Source of the DNA: a virus
IMG/VR virus record: IMGVR_UViG_3300027896_000032
Coordinates: 4,136-68,135 of that record
Strand: one strand, 5' to 3'
Length of the DNA stretch: 64,000 nucleotides
Positions 19,757-29,829 of the stretch are shown in pieces; position 1 is the first letter of the stretch; every line of letters begins with the position of its first letter. The notes below the pieces were generated by a model. The model ran no database searches. It was given only the letters and a program-made list of their open reading frames with translations, and was not told the origin of the DNA. The position numbers and the translations under genes were made by a program.

Positions 19757-20349
19757 TTTCTTACCGTAAATCCTTCAAGTTGAATATTTCTTCCAACCCT
19801 GTCCATCAGGGCTCTTATGAATGGTATAGATGTATTCATGGCGTCGGTCAAGAAGTATTTCGGCCGCTGCCCTTTAACTTCCGACGTCGCTACGGTTTCT
19901 CTTGCCCCTGTCGGTCCGTAATCACCAGTCCAGAAAACAAGTTTTTTTGCAGATTTTGGAGTGATTTTTATATCGGCTTCCGCCGCTTTTTCAGCATCGA
20001 AATATTCTCCGGTTCCGTACTCAACGGCCGTGGCGTAGTCAAATGGGGGAGCCTGCACCGCCCATGCCGCTTCTTCGGGCTCGCCGGCCGAAAGCTCGTA
20101 TTGTCCGAGTTCGAGTGCCGACGCGCGCAACCCGATTTCGATTGTCTGGTTTTTCGTGAACGCCACGTATCCCTTTATGCTTTCCGCGAGTGCCCCGCTG
20201 GACTTAACGCCTAACGTCCGTTCGGAAAGAAGAACCTTTGCTTCATCCTCAAGCCGTTTCGCTATTGTATATGCAGCTTCAAGGAATGCGTCAAAATAAG
20301 CGGAGACAAGAAATGCGGGATTGATGGACAATTCACCGGTTACTATCAT
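19753..20349 (-). CDS. HK97 gp10-like neck/tail component
   Basis: SGALAESI, YATAVEYGTG and GQRPKYFL motifs; ATGA-coupled start at 20349. Confidence 0.75.
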   Translation of the reverse strand: MIVTGELSINPAFLVSAYFDAFLEAAYTIAKRLEDEAKVLLSERTLGVKSSGALAESIKGYVAFTKNQTIEIGLRASALELGQYELSAGEPEEAAWAVQAPPFDYATAVEYGTGEYFDAEKAAEADIKITPKSAKKLVFWTGDYGPTGARETVATSEVKGQRPKYFLTDAMNTSIPFIRALMDRVGRNIQLEGFTVRK

Positions 20350-21047
20350 CGGTTCCTCTGATCGCGCGACAATGCACACTGAATCACGCCGGGATAGGAA
20401 ATTGTATCGACGTCATTCACCTTCATCAGTGAGTCTCGCACGCGCAGGTAATCCATCGGCTGCACGTCGAATCTGGCCGGCACGTAGCAACTGTGAGAAG
20501 AATTGCGAAACAAGCCGGCATCGGTCTGGTGATAACCTGGGCTGACGAATTCAACGGAAACCGGCATTTCTTCATGCAGGGTAACAAACTGCTCTTTAGT
20601 CCCGCCAACGCCGGTCGGCACGGACTCCGCGCGGATATGTTCGGCCGTGTGGTTGCATACCACGGCGAGACATTCAAGCGCCACTATCTCACTCATTTCT
20701 TCATAATGGACTTCAGCGAGATAGATATAATAAATACCCTTCTTAATGTCATAAACATAATCTCCACCGCATACGCCGCAATCCTGCGGAAGCCACAAAA
20801 ACTTCTGCACCGGAAGAATGCGCGGCCGTGCCATCCGACTGATCGGAGCAAGAATCGCATAGCTCTCCACCGCCCCGCTTGCGCTGATTATTTTTACCGG
20901 AGTCCCGAGACGATAAATCATGTCCGAATTGCGGCCTGCATGTTCAGACTGAAGCGCAAATTGCTCCGGTTGAACATCAATGAAAAACGGAACGCCGTGA
21001 CGTTCCGTAGCCTGTACCGTTATGCTGTGCCGTGTTCCGCAGTTCAT
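20346..21047 (-). CDS. Head closure/head-tail adaptor protein
   Basis: Position after the connector; C-terminal beta-barrel-like VQPMDYLRV...KVNDVD. Confidence 0.55.
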   Translation of the reverse strand: MNCGTRHSITVQATERHGVPFFIDVQPEQFALQSEHAGRNSDMIYRLGTPVKIISASGAVESYAILAPISRMARPRILPVQKFLWLPQDCGVCGGDYVYDIKKGIYYIYLAEVHYEEMSEIVALECLAVVCNHTAEHIRAESVPTGVGGTKEQFVTLHEEMPVSVEFVSPGYHQTDAGLFRNSSHSCYVPARFDVQPMDYLRVRDSLMKVNDVDTISYPGVIQCALSRDQRNR

Positions 21048-22264
21048 GTAATCCTCGTGTATGCGCTGAGAAGCATCTTGACCTCGTTCGGCAAGTCCGC
21101 AACAACGCTTTCATAGGAGACCTTCAGTCCGCTGCCTACCGTGTCTCCTGTAACGCCTGTCCTATTTTCTATCGCCAGCAGGTGCCGAACCAACGTGGCG
21201 ACTCCCTGCCGCACTGCCTCCGGAGCCGAATCGATGCCGTACTGGTATGTAATCCGCCAGTTCTTGTTGCCGGCGTCGAATACCTCTTCGTCAATCCTTT
21301 CAAGAAAGAAGTCCGAGGCAATGAAATTCGTTACTGGAACATCCACCCATTCCGACATTCCCCACCGCTTTTCAACTTTCTGAATCAGATAGATCGGAGC
21401 ATTGTCGAAAGCAAGCTTTTTCATTCCGTTGCCGTCGAAATATTCTATCTTGTCCAGAACGTGAAACGCCTGGCTCGTATAGTTTTCCACTATCCCGCAG
21501 GCGGCATCGAGGAGATTCAACAGGTGAGCATCATTGTTATTTCCGGTCAGTCTTATGCGCCGCTTCAACTCATCGAGAGTAATCAGCCGCGCCGACTCCA
21601 AAACCGCCACCGCAACCTCTACGACCCTGAACGGATAATCAATGAACGTGTCCACTCCGCCTATCTTTCCGCGCGCCACCAGCCGCCAGTTGATACCGGG
21701 AACCGCGATGAGCGGAACATCGTAGGTCGTGCGATACTCGCCGACGTCGACACGGACCGGAAAGACCGTCTCACTTACAACGGTCGTGTTGTTTTCGTTG
21801 ACAATATGATATGTCGGATCGGTCTGCCCGATATCCTCGATTTCGAAGTTTTCAAAAACATCCGTCCCGATTGTCGCGCCGAGTGTAAAACTCACCGTGC
21901 CAGCATAGCCGCTGCCGCCTACTTCACTCATTGCCTGCTGCGTGTACACGCCATACGCCAGGGAACCCGTGGATACTATCTCGCCTGTCTGTGCAAGACG
22001 GTCCGCATCCGACAGATACCCTTTTATCGTCAGCGTCGTTCCGTTGTCGAATATCTGAAAATAAAATTTGGTCTGTGCCGGGAATACGCCGCTGGCCAGC
22101 AGCGTTATCGGCTCTACGGCCGCGAGGCGGTCATTCACGTCGTTCTGGACTTGCCAGGTATGCAGATAATGATCGGTGTCGGTCGGGAGCCCGCCGGCCT
22201 GAGGCTCCTTGTCGTAGAATGTCAGATCAAATATTATTTGCTTGCCCTGAATGACTGTTTTCAT
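21044..22264 (-). CDS. Head-tail connector (gp6/gp15-like) with N-terminal extension
   Basis: C-terminal LITLDELKRRIRL...NDAHLLNLLDAA...VENYT...APEAVRQGV...LLSAY; ATGA-coupled start at 22264. Confidence 0.8.
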   Translation of the reverse strand: MKTVIQGKQIIFDLTFYDKEPQAGGLPTDTDHYLHTWQVQNDVNDRLAAVEPITLLASGVFPAQTKFYFQIFDNGTTLTIKGYLSDADRLAQTGEIVSTGSLAYGVYTQQAMSEVGGSGYAGTVSFTLGATIGTDVFENFEIEDIGQTDPTYHIVNENNTTVVSETVFPVRVDVGEYRTTYDVPLIAVPGINWRLVARGKIGGVDTFIDYPFRVVEVAVAVLESARLITLDELKRRIRLTGNNNDAHLLNLLDAACGIVENYTSQAFHVLDKIEYFDGNGMKKLAFDNAPIYLIQKVEKRWGMSEWVDVPVTNFIASDFFLERIDEEVFDAGNKNWRITYQYGIDSAPEAVRQGVATLVRHLLAIENRTGVTGDTVGSGLKVSYESVVADLPNEVKMLLSAYTRIT

Positions 22265-22638
22265 ATTATTATCCCATGGACTGAAAGATCGTAGTTTTGA
22301 AGATGCGGCTGTTTCGGCATTCCCAGATCGTCCCAATAATCTTCCCACGTCTTGTCGGGACCATTGTAACGGGCAACCTTCACCTGGCCGCTATGTAGAA
22401 CGCACATTATTTCTCGCATCTTATAAGGACAGACACCGGCCGGCGTTATTCCGCCAACCCAATGAATTGCAAAGCCCGCAAAAGCAGAAAATCCGGACTC
22501 AAGAAATATCGAGGGATAGATTACACGGTCTATGAGCTTCACACCACGAATAAATTTTTTCAGGGGAAATTCGCGCCATCCGCCGGGAACATCCACTTCC
22601 CGCTTTACCGTTTCGTCCTGCATGTAGAATTCACACAT
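22261..22638 (-). CDS. Hypothetical protein
   Basis: ORF coupled to both neighbours; probable start MCEFYMQ. Confidence 0.55.
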   Translation of the reverse strand: MCEFYMQDETVKREVDVPGGWREFPLKKFIRGVKLIDRVIYPSIFLESGFSAFAGFAIHWVGGITPAGVCPYKMREIMCVLHSGQVKVARYNGPDKTWEDYWDDLGMPKQPHLQNYDLSVHGIII

Positions 22639-23251
22639 GCACAAACGTGAGAGAAATTGTTGTTCCTGATTGTCCATAGTCCAAATCCGCCGGCACGGCC
22701 GTGGCCATCGTGAAGCATATTTCGTCTCCAACCTTTGGAACAAAAGGCACCGTCACAAACGACGCGCTCCCGCAAAGACAATTCGGATTCCCGTTGCCCG
22801 CTCGGCCGGTCTCGCAATATGTCCAGTTCTGCGGGGGAGCCACCGCAGAGATTTCCCGGCCGGTGATGTACGCCTTGATAAGACTGTTAAACTCGGAAAG
22901 TTCCGTTCCCGCAAGTAGGGCATCCGACCATGAGTTGAATTCTGAATTATCATAAGCGGACAGCACGGGCGCCGCGAGCATGTCTGCCCCGAATACATAC
23001 TTGAAAACCTTTGCGTTTTGCGAGGATGCGGACGGCTTGCACCAGGACGCTATCTTTTCCGCAGCCGACCACGTCAATGGTGAAAGCCAGTATTCCTCAG
23101 GGAACACGTAACCCACAGCCGGCCGCATAACCGGCTTCATAACATTTATTGTCGTTCCGGCGCCTACCGCCTGAATGGCAATATCCCCGGCAACCTGTTT
23201 CCAGTCCGGGGACGCGTCGCTTCCTTTATTGGCGTATAGTTCGACTATCAT
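22631..23251 (-). CDS. Hypothetical virion-associated protein
   Basis: 206 aa within the head module; beta-rich. Confidence 0.6.
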   Translation of the reverse strand: MIVELYANKGSDASPDWKQVAGDIAIQAVGAGTTINVMKPVMRPAVGYVFPEEYWLSPLTWSAAEKIASWCKPSASSQNAKVFKYVFGADMLAAPVLSAYDNSEFNSWSDALLAGTELSEFNSLIKAYITGREISAVAPPQNWTYCETGRAGNGNPNCLCGSASFVTVPFVPKVGDEICFTMATAVPADLDYGQSGTTISLTFVHV

Positions 23252-23412
23252 TTCCTTACCTTGTGAGTGAGAACGTTTTCGGAATCCTGGCGCCCTACGG
23301 GTTCCCGCTTGGGCGGTTCCTGTTGGCTACCGCGTTGTGAGTCTGACGTGGCAATCGCGGTTTTCTGTCCGTGTGTCAATATTCCTTTGGGGTTTACGTC
23401 TCTGATATTCAT
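23248..23412 (-). CDS. Small hypothetical protein (54 aa, not in ORF track)
   Basis: CAGGAG RBS; MNIRDVNPKGILTH...LTHKVRK; stop overlaps the next start (ATGA). Confidence 0.6.
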   Translation of the reverse strand: MNIRDVNPKGILTHGQKTAIATSDSQRGSQQEPPKREPVGRQDSENVLTHKVRK

Positions 23413-23427
23413 CCTTGTCTCCTGTAA

Positions 23428-23462
23428 GGGCGGGGAGTGAGCCCGTAAGCCCCTCCCCGCCT
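23428..23462 (-). terminator. GC-rich hairpin after the capsid gene
   Basis: GGCGGGGAG...CTCCCCGCC inverted repeat; poor U-tract. Confidence 0.45.
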
Positions 23463-23496
23463 CATTAATGATTCTACAGAAAATCCGAACGCGGTG

Positions 23497-24783
23497 TTAG
23501 CCGGCCGTCCAGATTCTTACGATCTGCTCATCGTTGAGCTTTTTGACATCGAAATCGGCCGTTGCCGCTATCCCGATGTTCAGACCGTAGTTGTGAACTT
23601 CTTGCGCCATTTGCGGCATCTGCTTGTACGCCACCGCGAACGCGCGCGCTCCGAGCATGATTGCCTCGTAGCCGGGAACCGTGCCCCATGAGAACACGTT
23701 GACCGGGGGAAGTGTCGTGCCGACCGGTTTGTCGAACACAACGTAACCGTTCCGGTAGTCGATGATGCAGATTTTCGCGTCCGCATCGGCGGCGTCCTGC
23801 GTGGAGACGGAAAGCGCCGACCCCAAGCCGGTTTCGGTGTACTGATAACGCGGCTCGATGTTCGTGCGCTTTGTTCCGCCGCCGCCCGAGAAGTACCATT
23901 TTCTCTGCGGGCCTGCTATGCCGCCGGCCGTGGTCATGTTGTTGGTCGTCACGTCGGTGAGCGTCCCGCCGGCGTAGAATTTGCACATGGTCGACTTGAT
24001 GAAGCGCACTGCCGCCCATTCCGCCGTTTCGCCGCGGAATATCATTTCGGCGTTGTTGCGCTTGACAACGTCCATGTAATCCGTGTCGTCCGACAGATCG
24101 CGTTCCTGGTGCGGATGGATCAGGCATACGACCGTACTTCCCGAGAAGTATGCCATTTCGTTGAGCAGGACGGCGACGTCGAAGATTTCCTTCGCGTTTC
24201 GGATCATGGTGGTGGAAAGCGTATTTCCGGTTGTCAGCGACGCCCAGGCCGTTACCGTCTGTTCATGCTGCGTACCCGAAGACAGTGCATCCGCCGCGTC
24301 CATTTCGAACTTCATGGCGTGCGCGTATGCGAGTGCCTGCGACGCGTCGTTCATGACGTTGTAGAAGGAACGGGCGAGTGCCTTTTTCGTGAAACGTACC
24401 GCCTTGAATTTCATGGTCGGCCGCAACGTAACGATCTGTTCGGGGCCGAAAGCGGTCTCAACTATCGTTGCCGGATTCCACGGGGTTTCCGGACTGAGTG
24501 CCGCTTCGCCGGTGCGGCCGGTTTTCTCCATGTCCACGGCGGGGCCGATGTCGTTCAGCTTGTTGATGTAGACCTCGTCGCCCGGCTTGTTCAGCAATTC
24601 CTCGTTTACGACCGCGAACTGCTGAAGGTGGAGAGAATGCTTGTAGAACTGTTCAAGCTGCGGGTCCCAGATGTGGGGTATCGTGCTTGAAAGGCTCGTC
24701 GTGTTGGTGATGGACTTCATGACCTCGTCCGAAATCGGCTCGTAGGCATGGAAGCCATTCCACATATCTTTACCGTAGTCCAT
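23497..24783 (-). CDS. Major capsid protein (HK97 fold, N4-gp56-like) with insertion
   Basis: IPHIWDPQL, PGDEVYIN, CLIHPHQERDL and FRGETAEWAAVRFIKS motifs; follows the scaffold. Confidence 0.88.
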   Translation of the reverse strand: MDYGKDMWNGFHAYEPISDEVMKSITNTTSLSSTIPHIWDPQLEQFYKHSLHLQQFAVVNEELLNKPGDEVYINKLNDIGPAVDMEKTGRTGEAALSPETPWNPATIVETAFGPEQIVTLRPTMKFKAVRFTKKALARSFYNVMNDASQALAYAHAMKFEMDAADALSSGTQHEQTVTAWASLTTGNTLSTTMIRNAKEIFDVAVLLNEMAYFSGSTVVCLIHPHQERDLSDDTDYMDVVKRNNAEMIFRGETAEWAAVRFIKSTMCKFYAGGTLTDVTTNNMTTAGGIAGPQRKWYFSGGGGTKRTNIEPRYQYTETGLGSALSVSTQDAADADAKICIIDYRNGYVVFDKPVGTTLPPVNVFSWGTVPGYEAIMLGARAFAVAYKQMPQMAQEVHNYGLNIGIAATADFDVKKLNDEQIVRIWTAG

Positions 24784-24807
24784 TGTCTTGTGCCTCCTCG
24801 ATTTCGG

Positions 24808-26460
24808 TTATTGTCTGTTGCGCCTGTAGTCCTCTTCCGAGAACCCGAACTTCGACAACCCCAGGTTCTGAATGGTCTTGAAGACTTCCGATTTCAGCGC
24901 GGCATCGACAATCTTGCCGGCATCGGTTATCGTCTTCTCGCCCTTGAGAACCGCATCGACCCAACCGGCAGCATCAAGCTCGCCGGGCTTCTGATCCGCC
25001 CCGTGCTGCTGGCCACCCTTGAGAGCGGCCTTCATGTCGGGGAACATTTCCGCGACGGCGGCTTTGCCCTCGTCGGATTTCAGGAATTCCGTGACCTGGC
25101 TTTTGAATGCTTCGGATTTCTTTGCGCCTTCCGCGGCATCCTCCGCATCCATCTCCGCCTGTGTCATCATCGTACCGTCGGCTTTTGCCCTCTTGCCCTT
25201 GTCGCACGCCGGCGGCTGCGCTGCCTTGAACGCTTCCGTGAATGAAGCCGCCAACACGGGAGCCAGGGCGGTTACGCCCACGGTGACGACGGATTTCAGA
25301 ATCTCCGGAAGTTTTGCTTCATCGGCATCGGACTTTGCCTTGAAAGCCGAAGTGAACTGTTCACCCACGGACTTTCCGACGGCTTCGGCCAACGCCTTGA
25401 GTTCCGCGTCTGTCATATCAATACCGTCCTTATTGGATTTTTCTACCATCCCGAAAAGATCGGGACTTTCGGACTTGAAGACGGAAATTCCATCGATTTC
25501 AACGCTCGCTGAATCTTCCGACTTCTTTACTTCGATTCCATCCGGCTTATCACGCAGAAGTTTTGCAAGCACCTGTTCTTTTGACGGTCCACCCTCGAAA
25601 GACATTCCGCCGCGAGAACCATGCGCCGCATTCCACGCAGCCCGCCAACCTTTCTCGTTGACTTTGCCATGAATCTTATACGGCAGTTTTCTCGTTTTGC
25701 CGTCGTTGGAAATCCACGCAAAATCCCCGTCGTCTAAATCCGATTCGGACTGCACGCCGGCGTCCTGATACCATGACTTGAACGCATCGGCATCCTCACG
25801 GACTGACTTGTAAATCGCATACACTTTCTCTCGGTCTTCATAACCTGCATCCCGATCACTTTTAGTCTCGATTGTCTCCACCCCGGACCAATCGAAAGAC
25901 TTACTGATGATAGTAAGCGGGTCGTTAAGTGTCCTTGAATTTACAGGTCTTGTTGTCGGGACAATATGCCAGAACTTTATCTTATCGAACACGCGAATGA
26001 TTTTCCCCGTGTCCGGATTCGATTCCTTGTGAGCTTTTACAACTCCACCACCCCACGACAATCCGAATTTCTTGCCGCGTTGAACCTTGCCGAAAAGCAT
26101 CTTTGACAGTTCGGGTTCGGGATCTAGAAAAATAGTGGGAAACATTTGAGCCAGAGGGGAAATAAACAGGTCTTTTATCTCGCCGATCTGATCCCACCAT
26201 TCCCCCTGCGTCTGCCCTTTTCCGGCTTGATTCCAGTGCCCACGCAACATCGGAATTGGATTGTTGGGGTCTCCGAAAGCCTGATTTTTCATGTCAGCAA
26301 TACATTCCGTAGAAAGCCGATCATTCTGATCGTCGACTTCCGCGTCTCCGCCGAGTCCCTGAATGAGCATGTCTCCGGATTCGCTTTTCCATGCTTTCAG
26401 AATCGGCATGGTTATGCTGAATGGCGGTGGTGTCCAGATATTTTTGTCTTCATCGGCCAT
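24808..26460 (-). CDS. Prohead protease/scaffold fusion
   Basis: N-terminal VDDQNDRLS...MLRGH...GLSWGG protease pattern; A/K/E-rich C-terminus with repeated FKS motifs. Confidence 0.75.
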   Translation of the reverse strand: MADEDKNIWTPPPFSITMPILKAWKSESGDMLIQGLGGDAEVDDQNDRLSTECIADMKNQAFGDPNNPIPMLRGHWNQAGKGQTQGEWWDQIGEIKDLFISPLAQMFPTIFLDPEPELSKMLFGKVQRGKKFGLSWGGGVVKAHKESNPDTGKIIRVFDKIKFWHIVPTTRPVNSRTLNDPLTIISKSFDWSGVETIETKSDRDAGYEDREKVYAIYKSVREDADAFKSWYQDAGVQSESDLDDGDFAWISNDGKTRKLPYKIHGKVNEKGWRAAWNAAHGSRGGMSFEGGPSKEQVLAKLLRDKPDGIEVKKSEDSASVEIDGISVFKSESPDLFGMVEKSNKDGIDMTDAELKALAEAVGKSVGEQFTSAFKAKSDADEAKLPEILKSVVTVGVTALAPVLAASFTEAFKAAQPPACDKGKRAKADGTMMTQAEMDAEDAAEGAKKSEAFKSQVTEFLKSDEGKAAVAEMFPDMKAALKGGQQHGADQKPGELDAAGWVDAVLKGEKTITDAGKIVDAALKSEVFKTIQNLGLSKFGFSEEDYRRNRQ

Positions 26461-26469
26461 GGTATCACC

Positions 26470-27954
26470 TTACCATTTCTGATCGTTGTTACGCTGATTT
26501 TTTACATCGGTATTTCGATTTCCATTATTGTCGGCAGCACCGGCCGGCTGTTTTCCGTTTCCGTTGCCATTGCCGTTTCCATCGGCCGCGCCAGAAGGCA
26601 GCGGCGCTCCGAACGGAGACGGCGGCGGCGCAACCTTGCCGGCCATGATGTCTTCGAGAAGCAATACCTGATTGCCGGCAATAATGAACGGTTTGTCACC
26701 CAACCCTTTTCCGTAGGGCTCAAGAGTTTCATCGTACAGTTCGCGGGCCTCATCGAGCCGGATGATTCCCCGTCCGAGTGCCATGCTGGCCGCGCGCACC
26801 TTCACTTCGAGCGGTTCATCTTTTTTGACAATATACTTCAACGCCAGGTCGTCTCCGCCGATAGGCCGCACAATCCCCGTCGTCAATATATCTTCGAGCA
26901 TGAGCGCCCGCGGTACAAGCGCCGACCGCATCGTTATGGTATCATCGATTTCAGCCGTTCCGCCAGTGCCGCGTTCGCTTTGAATTCCTATATCACGCAG
27001 GTTCAACCCGTAACATGAACACGCCATTTCGGCCAACCCGAGACGGAGCTTGTTGTATTCGATGGTGTCCTTTTCCTCGAAAGAAAGAAACGTCGGCGCC
27101 GTCGTACCTCCGGAAGATATTACCGGCCGGTTCGGATACTGTTCGCGGAACATGTCGTAACGCTCCTCGAACTCTTTGCGTATTTTCTGGTCAACGCCGC
27201 CGAGCCAGACGATACCACCGCCCTTTTCAGCTTTCGGGTCGACGACCTTGATTTCGTGCGAATCGGCCAGATAACTCATTGTGATAATGCGGTCGAGGAC
27301 TTCAATGGGGGAAAGGCCGTAAAAGCTGCCTGACTGCGGATTCAGATTCGCCCATACGATCTCATCGGCCTTGTATGAATTGTAAACCCGTTCGGGAAAC
27401 ATGTAGTCCATTTCGAGGTATGATTTTTCAGGGTCAAGTTGCCCCGTTTCTTCGTCTGGATTCGGCCGCATGTTATAGGAATCGATTACGCCAATCTGTT
27501 GATAAATACCGAGCGGATTCTTTGCCTTTTCAATAACGCCCAGGTCTCTTTTCAGCAAATCGCCGATGAACATTTTCATAATCATCCGGTAGGTATGGCC
27601 GTACTGATTCGGCCCCTGCAGGACGGCATTCACCTTGTCGGCGCGCTTCTGCGAAAGATTATTATGCTTCCCCTTGCTGGTAACGATTACATAGGGAAAA
27701 GCCATTATTCGAGACGTTATGAAATCGATGCAGGAATAGATCGCGGGCATGGCGCCGGCCAGCATTTCAATCTGCTGAAAACTGAGTTTCCGCATCCGCC
27801 GAATGCCGGTGACGTGGTATCCCTGAAAGGCAAATCGCACTTCAGGCATGGCACGCCGTAAACCGGGAAGCATCGGGCCTGTACGTTCAAGATAACCGGG
27901 AATTTCGTTGTGTCGAATTGTTAGTGTGCGTGTGCTTACATCGAGCTTAGCCAT
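26470..27954 (-). CDS. Portal protein
   Basis: AIYSCIDFI, YGLSPIE and GIIRLDEAR motifs; follows the terminase. Confidence 0.9.
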   Translation of the reverse strand: MAKLDVSTRTLTIRHNEIPGYLERTGPMLPGLRRAMPEVRFAFQGYHVTGIRRMRKLSFQQIEMLAGAMPAIYSCIDFITSRIMAFPYVIVTSKGKHNNLSQKRADKVNAVLQGPNQYGHTYRMIMKMFIGDLLKRDLGVIEKAKNPLGIYQQIGVIDSYNMRPNPDEETGQLDPEKSYLEMDYMFPERVYNSYKADEIVWANLNPQSGSFYGLSPIEVLDRIITMSYLADSHEIKVVDPKAEKGGGIVWLGGVDQKIRKEFEERYDMFREQYPNRPVISSGGTTAPTFLSFEEKDTIEYNKLRLGLAEMACSCYGLNLRDIGIQSERGTGGTAEIDDTITMRSALVPRALMLEDILTTGIVRPIGGDDLALKYIVKKDEPLEVKVRAASMALGRGIIRLDEARELYDETLEPYGKGLGDKPFIIAGNQVLLLEDIMAGKVAPPPSPFGAPLPSGAADGNGNGNGNGKQPAGAADNNGNRNTDVKNQRNNDQKW

Positions 27955-29825
27955 GTTTGCCTTGGACCGCTCATTTTCCGCAGATGTTCAAGATAGGTTT
28001 CTGCATGTTCAGACCCACTTTCGTTACCCCCATATTCACCTGTATTATCAGATTTGTCAAGTTTTTCTTTAGGGATTTCCGAAAAAGAGAATTCCGCCAT
28101 GCCACTGCCCATGTTTTTTAACCACCCGAAAAGCGAGGAAGAGAGCAAGTGAATCGGTCCGTTCTGTCCTACCGTCTTCTTTTCCGGCTTTCCGACAGGC
28201 TGAAGGTAGTTTGTCACAATGTCTACGTTTGCATTTTCAGGGTCGATAATGCACGAATTGACATGATGCTGTATGAACAGTTCGAGCTTTGCATCATACG
28301 CCGGAAGCACTATCATGTCTGCCGCGTACCAACTCGAATATGTCATGTACGCGGTAACCACTTCGTAATTCACAATGCGAGTATTCTGATTCCATTTCAG
28401 TTCGAGATCTTTCATGGTTTCGACGTTCACGGCAAACCAGACTATATTCTTAAAACGTTGATGAATGTATTTGTTTTGCTCCTGCCCGGCGCCGAAATCG
28501 CATATCAGCGTGTTCGGGTTGAACCGCGGTATCAGTTCGGCGACTTTTTTGGCTCCGTCGAGCGGCTTATCCGAGGGCGGTATTACTATGAAATTCAGTA
28601 ATTGAAGTTTTCCGTTCACGTCTTTCCAGACAGTGACGTGCGTTTCTTTTCCCCAATCTACGCCCATCATGGTATCGAAACCGGCATCCACCCAACCGAT
28701 TCTATTATCGCAGCATTCCAACATGGATTGTCTGGTAAAATAATCGCGGGCCTCCTCGTCGACAGAGGCTTCGCCAAGCTTTTCATTCTTGTACTTTTTC
28801 AACCCGGACGGCTTTAACAAAAACTTCTGGTACTGCCCCCAGGCACGATCCGCCGTAACATTTGCAAGAATAAGATTTGAGAAATGAAACCCGACCTTGT
28901 TTTCTTTCAGCAACCCCGGTTCCGCATGGACATAACGCCCGCGCGTCTGTTTGTCGAAAGTGGTTATTTCTCCGCCGCATTGCGGGCAAACGAATATGCG
29001 CAACGCCCCGTCGTACTCGCGCGGCACATCCAGAAGCTTGACCCCGTTCCCGAAGAAATATTTGCTGTTCATCACGAAGTCGGAACTACAGTGCGGACAG
29101 TTGATTGTCCACTCCCCGCGAGACGTGTTTTTATAGTATAGGTCTATGCCGAAATCCGGCAGCGTCGGCGTGGAAAGATAGATCGTAAGCTGCATGTCTG
29201 AATGGTCCAGCGCGGACGTGAAACTTTCCTCGTTGGCCATGTTGTGAAAGTTGTATTCATCGAAAAGGGCACCGTCGGCATCGGGCGAACGGGAAGCATT
29301 TTTCGCCTCAGAAGTCAGAATATATAGCCATGAACGCCTCAACCGTTTCAAGTCAAGAGAATCTACCGTGCTCGAACGTTTTCCACGCAGTTCATTCTTT
29401 TCTTCTGATTGGCCAATCGCGGCGGAAAGATACGGGCTGTATTCGATAGTCGGATCGAAGCGCGTCAACAGAAACTGCCGGCCAAGTCCTTTTGTCGGCA
29501 GAATGTAGAGAAATTTAAAGCCATCGTATTTGTCGCACAAATATAAAGAAGCGTTCATTGCGAATTCCGAGATTTCCGCCTGCCGTGGTTTCAGAATAGC
29601 AAGAAACAGGTCTTCCGGCCGCTTCAAAGTTCCGTATATGTCTTGCAGATAGCAATTCGGGATTTTTGCTTTGAGACCGGCTTTGTTTACTCTGATTTCT
29701 CGTTCGAATAAAAAAGGAAGTTTATTGCTTCGAGGGTGTCGCCGGTACTTCATCGCCCACAACTGCGCGTCGTCGAGGGCATCTTGCCGGCGAATATGCG
29801 GATTCATTTCATTGGTTTCAGCCAC
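27936..29825 (-). CDS. Terminase large subunit
   Basis: KPRQAEISE Walker A variant, LFDE Walker B, STPT coupling motif, CxxC/CxxC Zn insert, MGVDWG nuclease motif. Confidence 0.9.
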   Translation of the reverse strand: MAETNEMNPHIRRQDALDDAQLWAMKYRRHPRSNKLPFLFEREIRVNKAGLKAKIPNCYLQDIYGTLKRPEDLFLAILKPRQAEISEFAMNASLYLCDKYDGFKFLYILPTKGLGRQFLLTRFDPTIEYSPYLSAAIGQSEEKNELRGKRSSTVDSLDLKRLRRSWLYILTSEAKNASRSPDADGALFDEYNFHNMANEESFTSALDHSDMQLTIYLSTPTLPDFGIDLYYKNTSRGEWTINCPHCSSDFVMNSKYFFGNGVKLLDVPREYDGALRIFVCPQCGGEITTFDKQTRGRYVHAEPGLLKENKVGFHFSNLILANVTADRAWGQYQKFLLKPSGLKKYKNEKLGEASVDEEARDYFTRQSMLECCDNRIGWVDAGFDTMMGVDWGKETHVTVWKDVNGKLQLLNFIVIPPSDKPLDGAKKVAELIPRFNPNTLICDFGAGQEQNKYIHQRFKNIVWFAVNVETMKDLELKWNQNTRIVNYEVVTAYMTYSSWYAADMIVLPAYDAKLELFIQHHVNSCIIDPENANVDIVTNYLQPVGKPEKKTVGQNGPIHLLSSSLFGWLKNMGSGMAEFSFSEIPKEKLDKSDNTGEYGGNESGSEHAETYLEHLRKMSGPRQTWLSSM

Positions 29826-29829
29826 GTTT

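Noticed and set aside
17482-22294. Long + strand ORFs (17482..18789, 21032..22294 and similar)
   Set aside because: Antisense shadows of GC3-rich structural genes with no recognisable motifs.
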